A model generated the notes under the pieces. That model did not search any database. It was not told where the DNA came from and saw only the letters and a list, made by a program, of their open reading frames with translations. 64,000 nucleotides of DNA from an uncultured Acidimicrobiia bacterium (lineage in GTDB: Bacteria; Actinomycetota; Acidimicrobiia; Acidimicrobiales; AC-14): assembly GCA_963836205.1 (NCBI GenBank), contig CAWIIV010000015.1:192001-256000 (forward strand), written 5' to 3'. The translations under genes and the position numbers were made by a program. Shown piece after piece: positions 28,201-38,389 of the stretch (its first letter is position 1; every line of letters begins with the position of its first letter).

Positions 28201-29746
28201 GGCCGAAGAGGGTGAAGGTGACCGTGCCGGTGGGTGCGGGAGCGGGGGCTGCCGCGCCGGTGACAGTGGCGGTGTCGGAGATGGTGTCGCCGACCGTGGC
28301 CGTCGGTTGGGCGTTGGTGACGATGCTGGCGATCGCCTGGATGACGACGGACGACTCGTTGGTGGCACCACACGGGCTGGTGACAGTCGTGTAGTTGGCG
28401 TCACCGCTGTAGACCGCGACCCAGTTGTAGGTGCCTGGCTCGGTGGGTGTGAAGTCGCCCGAGTTGGCCTGCGGCGGCACGCCGGCGAGCAACACGGGCG
28501 CAGGGGCGAAGATCGGGGCGCCGGCGCAGGTGGGATCGTCGTTGTCGAAGAGGGTGAAGGTGACCGTCCCCGTGGGGTCGGGCACCCCGCCGCCGACACC
28601 GGTGACGGTGGCGGTGTCGCTGATGGTGCTGCCGATGGTGACCGGGCCCTCGGCCTGGGTCTCGATGATCGGAGTGGCCTGGGCGAAGACGACGGTCTCG
28701 TCCGGCTCACCGCAGGCGGTGGCGGAGCCGACGTAGTTGGCGTCGCCCGAATACGTCGCCACCCACGAGTACGTGCCGGGTTGGGTGATCGTGGCGGAGC
28801 CGGTGGTGGAATAGTCGGTGAAGCCGGCGTTGACCGGGACGGTCTCGGTGAAGAAGATCGCGCCGACACAGGTCGGGTCGGCGGGACCGTAAAGGTCGAA
28901 CCTGATGGTTCCGGTTGGCGGCGCGCCGTTGCCCGACGACGGCGGAGACGGCGGGTCGAGGAAAGCGGTGTCGGAGGTGGTGCCCGGGATGGTGGGCCCG
29001 CTCTGGGAGGCGAGGGTGGAGAGGGCGGGTGTGGCCGGGGCAACCGTGTTGAAGGTGGCGAGGCCCTGGCGGCCCTGCGGGGTCTGGTCGACGCCGGCCG
29101 GGTTACGGGGGATCGGGGTGACGCCGGTGGCGTGGTTGGTCTGCACGCCGGGGCTGGCCTCGGCATCGAACGTGGGCACGCGCAGCGTGGTCGCGGTGAA
29201 GGTGACCGAGCACACCTCGCCGGTGGCGAGGATCAGGCTCGCCTCACCGCCGGGCGGCACGAAGCGCCACCGGGTGGCCAGGTTCGGATCGGGGTTGTCG
29301 GGAACGATCGTCCACGTGCCCTCGCACGTGGCGTTGCCCGGGGGGATCGACTGGCCGGTGCCGGTGCCGTTGACCGCCGGGCCGGGGGCGAGGTCGTAGA
29401 CGCCCGCCTCGGCCGTGCCCGCGCCGCAGTCGACGTTGGTGGTGGTGCAGGACGGGTAGAGGTCGATGGCGGCCATGCGCAGGGTGGGGAAGTTCGTCGA
29501 CTGCGGGGGCGTGGAGCCGTTCTGAATGCCCAGGCCGGCCGGGAACGTCTGGCCCACCACGGTGTCGGGGAAGTCGGCCGACACATTGGCGAAGAAGAAG
29601 GCCTGGGCGACGGGCGCCAACAGGATGGAGAACGCGACGAGAAGCGCGGCCGCGCCAGCCACGAGCTTCGTCGTCGACCCATGCCAATTCTTGCCACCAG
29701 GGGTCCGCCTGTATCCCCGAAAAGCTCCCAGTGAGCCGGTTCCCAT
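22201..29746 (-). CDS. Large secreted Ig-repeat surface protein (~2514 aa once one frameshift near 27564 is corrected): signal peptide, N-terminal Cys domain, 6 YSGDANY-type Ig repeats, 11 DUF11-like repeats, LGRTG + TM + long tail
   Basis: GGGGAGG then ATG at 29746; ORFs 26894-29809 and 22201-27834 join in the middle of a repeat (one extra base relative to the sister repeat near 27900). Confidence 0.85.
22469..22528 (-). repeat. 15-bp tandem repeat x4 encoding GPDD(R/H)
   Basis: gg(a/g)cc(gt/ac)ggtcgtcg repeated four times. Confidence 0.85.
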
Positions 29747-29848
29747 CGAGCGTTTCCTCCCCAGCTGTGCGTCTACGGTCCCGTCCGAGATTGGACGCAT
29801 CCCGAGCACGTTAGCCGTTCCCAGGACATCCGCCTACCTTCTCAGTGG

Positions 29849-29859
29849 CACTTTCCAAA
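29849..29859. promoter_or_regulatory. Candidate operator CACTTTCCAAA upstream of adhesin 1
   Basis: Exact 11-bp AT-rich match to the reverse complement of 33013-33023. Confidence 0.4.
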
Positions 29860-29992
29860 CCCGATTCTCATTTGGGCTGCCGTTGGAGGCTTCCGGGTTG
29901 GAATGGACCCCATTCCTGGGCCCTTTGCGTCGATTCCGGTCCAACAGTCGCGCCCGCTCCAACACTCCGCCGGCGAACCGAGCCAGGGCCGG

Positions 29993-32947
29993 TCAACACT
30001 TCCGACGCCGCCTGCCGAACAACAGGGCGCCATTGCCGAGTACCAACAGGAATGCAGCCAGCGACAAGGGGTCGCGGAGGGCGGCGCCGGTACGCGCCAA
30101 CGGTGAGGACGGCGACCGGTCGCCGGCCGCGGCCAGCACGGTGAATGGCGTGCTGGCCGACCGGCCGCTGGCGCCGGTGACGACGAAGGTGTGGGCGCCG
30201 GCGGTGGCGTCGGAGGGTACGCGCACCGTCACCGAGAAGGCCCCCGCGGCATTCGCCCGGAACGTGCCGACCACGACCGGGTCACTGGTGAACGTCGCGG
30301 TCAGCGGGTCGTTGGCGGCGAAGCCGCTGCCCGACAGGACGACGCTCTGACCCGGGCTCCCCTGCGTCGGGTTCGCCTGCACCGCGGGCCCGGACGGCGC
30401 GGCCGTGGTGCTCGTCGCACCCAGCCCGGGAGGCGCGGTCGTCGTAGTCGACGAGCCGTCGGTGGGCGCCGTGGTCGAGGTGGTCGAAATGGTCGAGCTC
30501 GTCGACGACGTGGGCGACGTGGTCGTGGTGGTGGTCGGCGAGGTGGTGGACGACGACGTGGTGGTGTCCTGCATCGTGGTGGTCGTGGTGGTGCTGGAGG
30601 TGGTCGAGGACGACGTGGTCGACGAGGTGGTGGACGACGTGGAACTCGAGCTCGACGACGACGTGCTCGAGGTGGACGACGTGCTCGAGGTGGACGACGA
30701 CGAGCTGGTTGACGACGAGCTGGTGGACGACGAGCTGGTTGACGACGAGCTGGTTGACGACGACGACGTGGTGGACGACGAGGTGGTGGACGTCGAAGCC
30801 GCGGTCACCACCACCGACTCGTTGGCGTCGTTGCAGGCGGTGGACACGGCGGTGTTGTTGACGTCGCCGCTGTAGCCCGCCCGCCACCGGAAGGTGCCGG
30901 CCTCGGTGGTGGTGAACGGGTCGGACGTGTAGTCACCGTTTCCGGTGACGGTCTTGGTGTTGATGAAGGCGACCGGCTGGCTGCACGTGGCGTCGTCGGG
31001 GCCGAAGAGGTTGAACGTGATCGACCCGGTGGGGTTGTTGCCACCGGCCAGGGTGGCGGTGTCGGTGACCTGTCCGCCCACTGCCACCGACGGCGAGGCG
31101 GTGGTGACGATGGTGGGCGTGGCCGGAGTGGTTTCGTCGGTGACGACCACCGACTCGTCGGCGTCGTTGCAGGCGGTGGTGACCGGGTTGTTTCCGGCGT
31201 CGCCGCTGTAGTCGGCCCGCCACCGGAACACGCCCGCCTCGGTGGTGGTGAACGGGTCGGACGTGTAGTCGCCGTTGCCGGTGACGGTGGCGGTGTCGGT
31301 GAACGCCGCCGTCGTCGCGCACGTGGCGTCGTCGGGGCCGTAAAGGCTGAACGTGATGGAGCCGGTGGGGTTGTCGCCGCCCGCCAGGGTGGCGGTGTCG
31401 GTGACCTGTCCACCCACTGCCACCGACGGCGACGCGGTGGTGACGATGGTGGGCGTGACCGGACCGGTGTCGTCGGTGACGACCACCGACTCGTTGGGGT
31501 CGTTGCACGCGGTGGTGACCGGGTTGTTCCCGGCGTCGCCGCTGTAGGCCGCCACCCACCGGAACGTGCCCGCGTCGGTGGTGGTGAAGGGGTCGGACGG
31601 GTAGTCGCCGTTGCCCGCCACCGTGGCCGTGTCGGTGAACACCGCCGTCGTCGTGCACGTGGCGTCGTCGGGGCCGTAGAGGCTGAACGTGATGGAGCCG
31701 GTGGGGTTGTCGCCGCCCGCCAGGGTGGCGGTGTCGGTGACCTGCCCGCCCACGGCCACCGACGGCGAGGCGGTGGTGACGATGGTGGGCGTGACCGGAC
31801 CGGTGTCGTCGGTGACGACCACCGACTCGTTGGGGTCGTTGCACGCGGTGGAGGCCGGGTTGTGGGCGAGGTCGCCGCTGTAGGCCGCCCGCCACCGGAA
31901 GGTGCCGGATTGGGTGGTGGTGAACGGGTCGGACGTGTAGTCGCCGTTGCCCGCCACCGTGGCCGTGTCGGTGAACACCGCCGTCGTCGCGCACGTGGCG
32001 TCGTCGGGGCCGTAGAGGCTGAACGTGATGGAACCGGTGGGGTTGAGGCCTCCCGCCAGCGTGGCCGTGTCGGTGACCTGTCCTCCGACCTCGACCGACG
32101 GTGACGCGATGGTGACGATGGTGGGCGTGACGAGCCCGCCGGGCGTGACGATGACTGCCTCGGCCGGGTCGGAGCAGATGGTGCCGGCGGCGACGTTGTC
32201 GTCGTCGCCGCTGTAGATGGCGACCCACTGGTAGGTGCCCGCCTCGGTGGGCGTGAAGGGTGCGGAGGTGTACTGGCCGTTGCCGGTAACCGTCACCGTC
32301 GAGGTGAAGGTCGGCGGCGGTGTGCACGTGAGGTTGAGGGGACCATAGAGCCTGAAGGTGATGGTGCCGGTGGGACCCGCCGGCCCCGCCCCGCTGCCGA
32401 GGGTGGCGGTGTCGGTTATCTGGCCGTTGACCGGCACCGAAGGCGACGCCTGGGTGGAGAGGGTGGGGGTCTTCTTCGCCAGACTCGTCTGACCGGCGAC
32501 ATCGCCGCACGCGGTGGCGACGGGGTCGTTGTTGGCGTCGCCGCCGTACTGCGCGACCCACTGGTAGGTGCCGGCCCGGTTGGTGGTGAACGAGTCCGAT
32601 TGGTAGTTGCCGTTGCCGGTGACCGGCGTCGTGGTGGTGAAGATCGGCGCCGCCGCGCACGTCGGGTCGTCGGGCGCGTAAAGCAGGAACGTGATGGTGC
32701 CGGTGGGGTTGTCGCCGTTGCCGAGGGTGGCGAAATCGAAGATGGCGGTGCCGGCCGGCAACCCGTCCGGGGATGCCTGGTGGGTGATGGCGGGCGTGGC
32801 CGCGGTGGCCGGCAGGGTCATCAGCCCCAAGCCGAGGAGGCTGATGGCGGCCGCCAGGGCCAGGGTGACCTGGCGCAGACGACGGGCGCGCCGCTGCTGG
32901 CGGGTGGGACTGAGGCGGTACCGACGGCGAGCAGAGGTCATGGGCAT
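29993..32947 (-). CDS. Sortase-anchored surface protein (~984 aa): signal peptide, 6 Ig-like YSGD repeats, Ser/Thr-rich stalk, small beta domain, LARTG-TM-RRRRK
   Basis: Arg-rich N-region plus hydrophobic core ending PATAA; 336-bp repeat period in the last repeats; C-terminal PLARTG...LLFGRRRRKC. Confidence 0.87.
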   Translation of the reverse strand: MPMTSARRRYRLSPTRQQRRARRLRQVTLALAAAISLLGLGLMTLPATAATPAITHQASPDGLPAGTAIFDFATLGNGDNPTGTITFLLYAPDDPTCAAAPIFTTTTPVTGNGNYQSDSFTTNRAGTYQWVAQYGGDANNDPVATACGDVAGQTSLAKKTPTLSTQASPSVPVNGQITDTATLGSGAGPAGPTGTITFRLYGPLNLTCTPPPTFTSTVTVTGNGQYTSAPFTPTEAGTYQWVAIYSGDDDNVAAGTICSDPAEAVIVTPGGLVTPTIVTIASPSVEVGGQVTDTATLAGGLNPTGSITFSLYGPDDATCATTAVFTDTATVAGNGDYTSDPFTTTQSGTFRWRAAYSGDLAHNPASTACNDPNESVVVTDDTGPVTPTIVTTASPSVAVGGQVTDTATLAGGDNPTGSITFSLYGPDDATCTTTAVFTDTATVAGNGDYPSDPFTTTDAGTFRWVAAYSGDAGNNPVTTACNDPNESVVVTDDTGPVTPTIVTTASPSVAVGGQVTDTATLAGGDNPTGSITFSLYGPDDATCATTAAFTDTATVTGNGDYTSDPFTTTEAGVFRWRADYSGDAGNNPVTTACNDADESVVVTDETTPATPTIVTTASPSVAVGGQVTDTATLAGGNNPTGSITFNLFGPDDATCSQPVAFINTKTVTGNGDYTSDPFTTTEAGTFRWRAGYSGDVNNTAVSTACNDANESVVVTAASTSTTSSSTTSSSSTSSSSTSSSSTSSSSTSSSSSTSSTSSTSSTSSSSSSSTSSTTSSTTSSSTTSSTTTTTTMQDTTTSSSTTSPTTTTTTSPTSSTSSTISTTSTTAPTDGSSTTTTAPPGLGATSTTAAPSGPAVQANPTQGSPGQSVVLSGSGFAANDPLTATFTSDPVVVGTFRANAAGAFSVTVRVPSDATAGAHTFVVTGASGRSASTPFTVLAAAGDRSPSSPLARTGAALRDPLSLAAFLLVLGNGALLFGRRRRKC

Positions 32948-33012
32948 CCGCTCGCCTGTCGCGGCACGCATCGCCGGACGCTCGTCATTGGAGGCTCCCC
33001 CCGCCCGTCCGA

Positions 33013-33031
33013 TTTGGAAAGTGTGATGATA
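33013..33031 (-). promoter_or_regulatory. Putative -10 (TATCAT, 33031-33026) followed by candidate operator CACTTTCCAAA (33023-33013) for adhesin 2
   Basis: The - strand reads ggaTATCATcaCACTTTCCAAAtcgg. Confidence 0.45.
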
Positions 33032-33085
33032 TCCACCGGCGGGGCCGGCAGCGAGCATCCCCGCTCCGGTCGCTAGGCTGACCCG

Positions 33086-33940
33086 ATCGGTCGGACCCGC
33101 CCTCGGCAGTCGACCCGCCTCCGGAGCCTCGTCCCGGGAGGTCTCCTCCTGCTGGGCGTGGGCAGCGGCGGATGCAGCAGCCGGTTCGGTGCGCCCGATC
33201 CGGCCACCAGTCAGGGAGCCGACGTCGTCGGTCTGTGGCGGGTGCTGATGGTCGCCGGGATCGGAGTCGGCGGGGTGGTCTTGGGCCTGTTGGCGTGGAC
33301 GATCCTCCGTCACCGCCGGCCCCGCGGCGAGCCCGGCCTCCCGCCCCAGACCCGCGAGAACATCCCCCTGGAGCTGGCCTACACCGCCGTCCCGTTGGTG
33401 ATCGTGGCCGTCCTGTTCGCCATCACCATGCGTGTCCAACAGCCGGTGACGAGGCTGGCCGCCAACCCCGCGTTGCGGGTGCAGGTCACCGGCTTCCAGT
33501 GGGGGTGGCGATTCGCCTACCCGGCCGCCGACGTCACCGTTGTTGGAGACTCCAACACCCCTCCAACACTCGTGCTCCCCCTGGCCGTGACGACCCGGAT
33601 CGAGCTGGCGTCACCCGACGTCATCCACTCGTTCTACGTGCCCTCCTTCCTGCAGAAGCGGGACGTGATTCCGGGCACGGTGGAGGAGCTCGACGTCCGT
33701 CCAACACGGGCCGGCCGCTACGCCGGCTACTGCGCCGAGTTCTGCGGGCTCGACCACGCCCGCATGACCTTCGACGTCGAGGTGGTGACCCAGCCCGAGT
33801 TCGAGCGCTGGCTGGCCGAGCAGCAGGAGCAGCCCCAGGAGGGCGAGGGCGACTCCGGCACCGACCCCGCGGGGTCGGCCGACCCCAGCGGCCAGGCGAT
33901 GATCGCGATCGCCCCCGACACCCGCACCGGGCGCCCGTGA
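33086..33940 (+). CDS. ctaC: Cytochrome c oxidase subunit II (lipoprotein)
   Basis: [33 protein letters not shown] CuA motif. The first canonical start is GTG 33158, but the lipoprotein signal extends in frame to ATC 33086. Confidence 0.93.
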   Translation: MGRTRPRQSTRLRSLVPGGLLLLGVGSGGCSSRFGAPDPATSQGADVVGLWRVLMVAGIGVGGVVLGLLAWTILRHRRPRGEPGLPPQTRENIPLELAYTAVPLVIVAVLFAITMRVQQPVTRLAANPALRVQVTGFQWGWRFAYPAADVTVVGDSNTPPTLVLPLAVTTRIELASPDVIHSFYVPSFLQKRDVIPGTVEELDVRPTRAGRYAGYCAEFCGLDHARMTFDVEVVTQPEFERWLAEQQEQPQEGEGDSGTDPAGSADPSGQAMIAIAPDTRTGRP

Positions 33941-35583
33941 CCGTCACCGCCGAGCGCCCCCCGGCAGCGCCGCCACCGTCGCCCCGTCCCCGGCGGCCTT
34001 CGGGGCTGGCGGCCTGGGTGACGACCACCGACCACAAGCGGATCGGCATCTTCTACATGGTCTGCGCCTTCGGGTTCTTCCTGCTGGGTGGCGTGCTGGC
34101 CCTGCTCATGCGGGCGGAGCTGGCCCAGCCGGGGCAGGACGTGGTGTCGCAGTCGACCTTCAACCAGCTCTTCACCATGCACGGCAGCATCATGATGTTC
34201 CTCTTCGCCGTGCCCATGGCCTTCGGCTTCGCCAACTTCCTGGTGCCCCTGCAGATCGGCGCCCCCGACATGGCCTTCCCCCGGCTGAACGCGCTGTCGT
34301 TCTGGCTGTTCCTCGGCGGCGGGCTGATGATGGTGTCGTCGTTCCTGACGTCGCAGGGGGCGCCCGCCTTCGGGTGGACCGCCTACGCCCCGCTGTCCGA
34401 CGCCATCCGCTCCCCCGGCGCCGGCGCCGACCTGTGGATCGTGTCCCTGGTGATCACCGGCGTGGGCACGATCCTCACCGCGGTGAACCTCATCACCACC
34501 ATCGTCTGCCTGCGGGCGCCGGGGATGGTCATGTTCCGCATGCCGATCTTCACCTGGAACATCCTGATCGTCTGCGTGATGGTGATCCTGGCCTTCCCCG
34601 TGCTCACCAGCGGGCTGTCGCTGCTGTGGGCCGACCGCCACCTCGGCAGCCACTTCTTCGAGCCCGCCGCGGGCGGCATCCCCGTGCTGTGGCAGCACCT
34701 GTTCTGGTTCTTCGGCCACCCCGAGGTGTACATCATCGCCCTGCCCTTCTTCGGGGTCGTCACCGAGGTCATCCCCGTCTTCAGCCGCAAGCCGGTGTTC
34801 GGCTACCGGGGCTTCGTCTTCGCCACCCTGGCCATCGCCGCCCTCTCGACGGGCGTCTGGGCCCACCACATGTTCGCCACCGGGGCGGTGAACCTGCCGT
34901 TCTTCTCGGGGATGACGTTCCTCATCGCGGTGCCCACCGGCGTCAAGATGTTCAACTGGATCGGCACCATGTGGCGGGGGCACCTCCGGTTCGACACGCC
35001 GATGCTGTTCTGCGTCGGCTTCCTGGTGGTGTTCCTCGTCGGCGGCCTGACCGGTCCGATGATCGCGGCGCCGCCGTTCGACGTGCACGTGACCGACACC
35101 TACTTCATCGTCGCCCACATGCACTACGTGCTCTTCGGCACCGCCGCCTTCGGGTTCTTCGCCGGTCTCTACTTCTGGTACCCCAAGTTCACCGGCCGCC
35201 TGCTGGACGAGCGCCTGGGCAAGCTCAGCTTCTGGCTGATGTTCGTCGGCTTCAACCTCACCTTCTGGGTCCAACACCTGCTCGGACTGCGGGGGATGCC
35301 CCGCCGCGTGTCCGACTACTCGCCCGATACCGGCTGGGAGACGCTGAACCTCGTGTCGAGCGCCGGCTCGGCCATCCTGGCCCTGTCGATGATGGTGCTG
35401 TTGGTCAACCTGTGGCGGACGTGGAAGCGGGGGGCGCCCGCGGGCGACGACCCGTGGGAGGGCAACTCGTTGGAGTGGGCCACCTCGTCGCCGCCCCCGG
35501 AACACAACTTCCACTCCCTGCCGCCCATCCGCTCGGAGCGGCCGGTGTTCGACGCCCGCCAGAAGGCGGGTGCGCCGGTATGA
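33937..35583 (+). CDS. ctaD: Cytochrome c oxidase subunit I
   Basis: [46 protein letters not shown]; GTGA overlap with ctaC. Confidence 0.98.
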   Translation: MTVTAERPPAAPPPSPRPRRPSGLAAWVTTTDHKRIGIFYMVCAFGFFLLGGVLALLMRAELAQPGQDVVSQSTFNQLFTMHGSIMMFLFAVPMAFGFANFLVPLQIGAPDMAFPRLNALSFWLFLGGGLMMVSSFLTSQGAPAFGWTAYAPLSDAIRSPGAGADLWIVSLVITGVGTILTAVNLITTIVCLRAPGMVMFRMPIFTWNILIVCVMVILAFPVLTSGLSLLWADRHLGSHFFEPAAGGIPVLWQHLFWFFGHPEVYIIALPFFGVVTEVIPVFSRKPVFGYRGFVFATLAIAALSTGVWAHHMFATGAVNLPFFSGMTFLIAVPTGVKMFNWIGTMWRGHLRFDTPMLFCVGFLVVFLVGGLTGPMIAAPPFDVHVTDTYFIVAHMHYVLFGTAAFGFFAGLYFWYPKFTGRLLDERLGKLSFWLMFVGFNLTFWVQHLLGLRGMPRRVSDYSPDTGWETLNLVSSAGSAILALSMMVLLVNLWRTWKRGAPAGDDPWEGNSLEWATSSPPPEHNFHSLPPIRSERPVFDARQKAGAPV

Positions 35584-35618
35584 GCGTCGCCGGTATGAGC
35601 GTCGCCGGTATGAGCATC
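35574..35618 (+). repeat. 15-bp tandem repeat x3 across the ctaD stop / ctaF start
   Basis: gccggtatgagcgtc gccggtatgagcgtc gccggtatgagcatc. Confidence 0.9.
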
Positions 35619-35996
35619 GAGTGGAAGCTGTTCACCGGCGCGGCCGCCTTCGCCGCCATCGTGGGCGGGATCTACTGGTTCGTGAGCTACGAGCACGCCG
35701 GCACCACCATGCTCGTGTTCTCGGGGGCGGCCCTGCTCATGGTGGCGGCCTACCTCACGGTGGTGGGCGGACGCACCGGCGCCCGGCCCTCCGACCGGGG
35801 CGACGCCGACATGGGCGACGACGCCGGCCAGTCGGAGTACTACCCGTCGGCCAGCGTGTGGCCGTTCCTCACCGCCACCGGTGCGGTCGTGCTCGGCTTC
35901 GGCCTCGTCTTCGGCGCCGGGGTGGGCAGCCTGGGTGTGCTGCTGCTGGTGGCGGCCCTGGGCGGCTACGCGGCCGAGGCCAACGCCAAGCCCTGA
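35580..35996 (+). CDS. ctaF: Actinobacterial cytochrome c oxidase subunit IV
   Basis: [32 protein letters not shown]; position after ctaD; alternative in-frame ATGs at 35595 and 35610. Confidence 0.88.
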   Translation: MSVAGMSVAGMSIEWKLFTGAAAFAAIVGGIYWFVSYEHAGTTMLVFSGAALLMVAAYLTVVGGRTGARPSDRGDADMGDDAGQSEYYPSASVWPFLTATGAVVLGFGLVFGAGVGSLGVLLLVAALGGYAAEANAKP

Positions 35997-36039
35997 GCCG
36001 CTTGGCGCACGGGGTTTCGTGCCGAGGCGACCAGGCGGC
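35997..36039. terminator. Hairpin between convergent ctaF and qcrB (possible bidirectional terminator)
   Basis: gccgcttgg...gcacg gggttt cgtgc...ccaggcggc. Confidence 0.45.
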
Positions 36040-37508
36040 TACGGCGGCGCGTTCGGCGGGGGCTTCCAGGCGTCGACCGGCGGTGGTGCGGGATGGCTTT
36101 CACCCACCGTCTCGAAACCGCCGGTTGCGGTGCGGGCGATGTGCCCGCCGGCCGGGGGCTCGGTGGGATGGAGGTCGTCGCGGGCCAGGCCCCGGCACAC
36201 GCTGCGGGTGACGAAGAACACGGCCAGGGGCACGGCCACGATCAGCACCCGGAAGGCGTTGGTGATGACCTCGGGGGCGATGCGGAAGATGCCGGCCAGG
36301 ATGTCGTTGCCCCCGGCCAGCAGCAGGATGCCGTAGAAGGCCAGGGTGGCCGCCCCCAGGGCGGTGCGCACCGGTGCGTCGCGGGGGCGGTCGAGGAGGT
36401 TGTGGGGCTCCTTGTCGCCGGTGAAGCGGCGCTCGAGGAACGGCCACAGGTAGAGGACGCCGAACGTGATGCCGGGCATGAGGACGCCGGGGAAGAACGG
36501 GTTGGCCACGGTGTGGCCGAAGGCGCGGATCTCCCACGCGGGCATGATGCGCAGGGCGCCGTCGACCCACCCCATGTACCAGTCGGGTTGCGATCCGGCC
36601 GTGGCCGCCGCCGCCTGCGTCGCCTTGTAGGGCCCGTAGAGCCACACCGGGTTGATCTGGGCCACCCCGCCGAGGAGGGCCAGCACCGCCGACACCAGGA
36701 GGAACAGCCCCGCCGACTTGGCCGCGTACTGCGGCCACAGCCGGGAGCCCACGATGTTGGCCTCGGTGCGGCCCGGGCCCTTGAACTGGGTGTGCTTCTG
36801 GCGCCACACGATGGCCAGGTGGACGGTGAGCAGGCCGATGATGATGGCGGGGACGATCAGCACGTGGAGGACGAAGAACCGGGTGATGAACTCGGTGTTG
36901 GGGAACTCGCCGCCGAAGAAGAGGAACGCGATCCAGGTGCCCGCCACCGGTATGGCGAGGGCGATGGAGTAGCCCACCCGCACGCCGGTGCCCGACAGCA
37001 GGTCGTCGAGCAGGGAGTAGCCGAGGAACCCGTTGCCGATGGCGAGCACCAACAGGGTGACGCCCACGATCCAGTTCAGCTCCCGGGGCCGGCGGAAGCC
37101 ACCGGTGAAGAACACCCGGCACAGGTGCACGACGATGGCGGCCACGAACACCAGGGCGGCCCAGTGGTGCATCTGGCGCATCACCATCCCCGCCCGCACC
37201 TGGAAGCTGATGTCGAGCGACGAGGCGTAGGCCTGCGACATCTCCACGCCCCGCAGGGGGGCGTAGGCGCCGTCGTAGACCACCTCCTTGGCCGCGGGGA
37301 CGAAGAAGAACGTGAGGTAGATCCCGGTGACGATGAGGATCACCAGGCAGTACATGGCGATCTCGCCGATCATGAACGACCAGTGGTCGGGGAAGATCTT
37401 GGTCAGCGCCTTGTGGGTGAAGTGGGAGATCCCGAGGCGGTCGTCGACGAAGCGGAAGGCCCGGTCGACCGGGTTCTCCCGGCGGCGACGGTGGCCGCGG
37501 GGGCTCAC
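36039..37508 (-). CDS. qcrB: Cytochrome bcc complex cytochrome b subunit
   Basis: FPDHWSFMIGEIA, RQMHHWAA, RRPRELNW, SQPDWY Qo motif; GTG at 37508 overlaps the qcrA stop. Confidence 0.96.
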   Translation of the reverse strand: MSPRGHRRRRENPVDRAFRFVDDRLGISHFTHKALTKIFPDHWSFMIGEIAMYCLVILIVTGIYLTFFFVPAAKEVVYDGAYAPLRGVEMSQAYASSLDISFQVRAGMVMRQMHHWAALVFVAAIVVHLCRVFFTGGFRRPRELNWIVGVTLLVLAIGNGFLGYSLLDDLLSGTGVRVGYSIALAIPVAGTWIAFLFFGGEFPNTEFITRFFVLHVLIVPAIIIGLLTVHLAIVWRQKHTQFKGPGRTEANIVGSRLWPQYAAKSAGLFLLVSAVLALLGGVAQINPVWLYGPYKATQAAAATAGSQPDWYMGWVDGALRIMPAWEIRAFGHTVANPFFPGVLMPGITFGVLYLWPFLERRFTGDKEPHNLLDRPRDAPVRTALGAATLAFYGILLLAGGNDILAGIFRIAPEVITNAFRVLIVAVPLAVFFVTRSVCRGLARDDLHPTEPPAGGHIARTATGGFETVGESHPAPPPVDAWKPPPNAPP

Positions 37509-38386
37509 GACCGGTTCCAGAAGCCGGGGCCGACGGGCTCGGTGAAGTCGCTCTGGGCCACCAGGAACCCGTCGCCGTCGACGGCCAGGGGCAGCTGGGG
37601 AAGGGGCCGGGTGGCGGGCCCGAAGCGGGGACGGGCCCCGTCGAGCACGTCGAAGGTCGACTGGTGGCACGGGCACACCAGCTCGTGGGTGTCCTCCTGG
37701 TAGAGGCCCACCGGGCAGCCCACGTGGGTGCAGATCTTGGAGTAGGCCACGTTGCCGGCGGGGGCCCACGACTCCCGGCCCCGCCGGGGCCGGTTGCGGC
37801 CCGCCTCCAGGCGCACGAGCACGACCTGGGCGTCGCCCGCCTGCTCCGCACCCTCGGGGAACACGGTGATGGTGCCGCCGACCGACAGCGTGTCGGGCCG
37901 CATGAGGCGGCCGTCGCTGTCGACCATGCGCCGACCGGAGCGCCAGGCGGTGCGCGACAGCGAGTCGCCGGGGCTGGGCCCGAGGGACCGGATCGGGAAC
38001 AGGGCGGCCAGCCCCAACGCGCCCACCGCCCCCAGCAGCAGCCTGACCAGCAGTTTCCGCCGGCCGATGACCTCGACGTCGTCGGTCACCTCCTCCTCGA
38101 CCGCGGCCTGGTCGGCGTCGGACCCGGCCAGCGGGCCCCGGTCGTCGGTGACGGGGCCGTCGTCGATCTGGCGGGCCCACTGCACCGTCCCCACCCCCAG
38201 CCCACCCAGGGCGACGAAGAGCAGGAGCCCCTCGGCCTGGGGCTGGCCGCCGCCGACGTAGACCCCGGCCAGGCCCAGGGCGGCGAGGGTGCTGGCCACG
38301 AAGGCGAGGGCGATCCGGCGCTCGGACTTGGGGGTCGGCGACGGCAGCCGGTTGTCGTCGCCGTCGTGAGCGGTCTCGGGTTCCAC
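37505..38386 (-). CDS. qcrA: Rieske 2Fe-2S subunit of cytochrome bcc
   Basis: YSKICTHVGC and CPCHQSTF Rieske boxes, GPATRPLPQL, internal twin-Arg-like GRRKLL. Confidence 0.95.
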   Translation of the reverse strand: MEPETAHDGDDNRLPSPTPKSERRIALAFVASTLAALGLAGVYVGGGQPQAEGLLLFVALGGLGVGTVQWARQIDDGPVTDDRGPLAGSDADQAAVEEEVTDDVEVIGRRKLLVRLLLGAVGALGLAALFPIRSLGPSPGDSLSRTAWRSGRRMVDSDGRLMRPDTLSVGGTITVFPEGAEQAGDAQVVLVRLEAGRNRPRRGRESWAPAGNVAYSKICTHVGCPVGLYQEDTHELVCPCHQSTFDVLDGARPRFGPATRPLPQLPLAVDGDGFLVAQSDFTEPVGPGFWNRS

Positions 38387-38389
38387 CGG

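Noticed and set aside
30405-30875. Hyper-acidic DDELV-repeat ORF on the + strand
   Set aside because: Reverse complement of the Ser/Thr stalk of adhesin 2.
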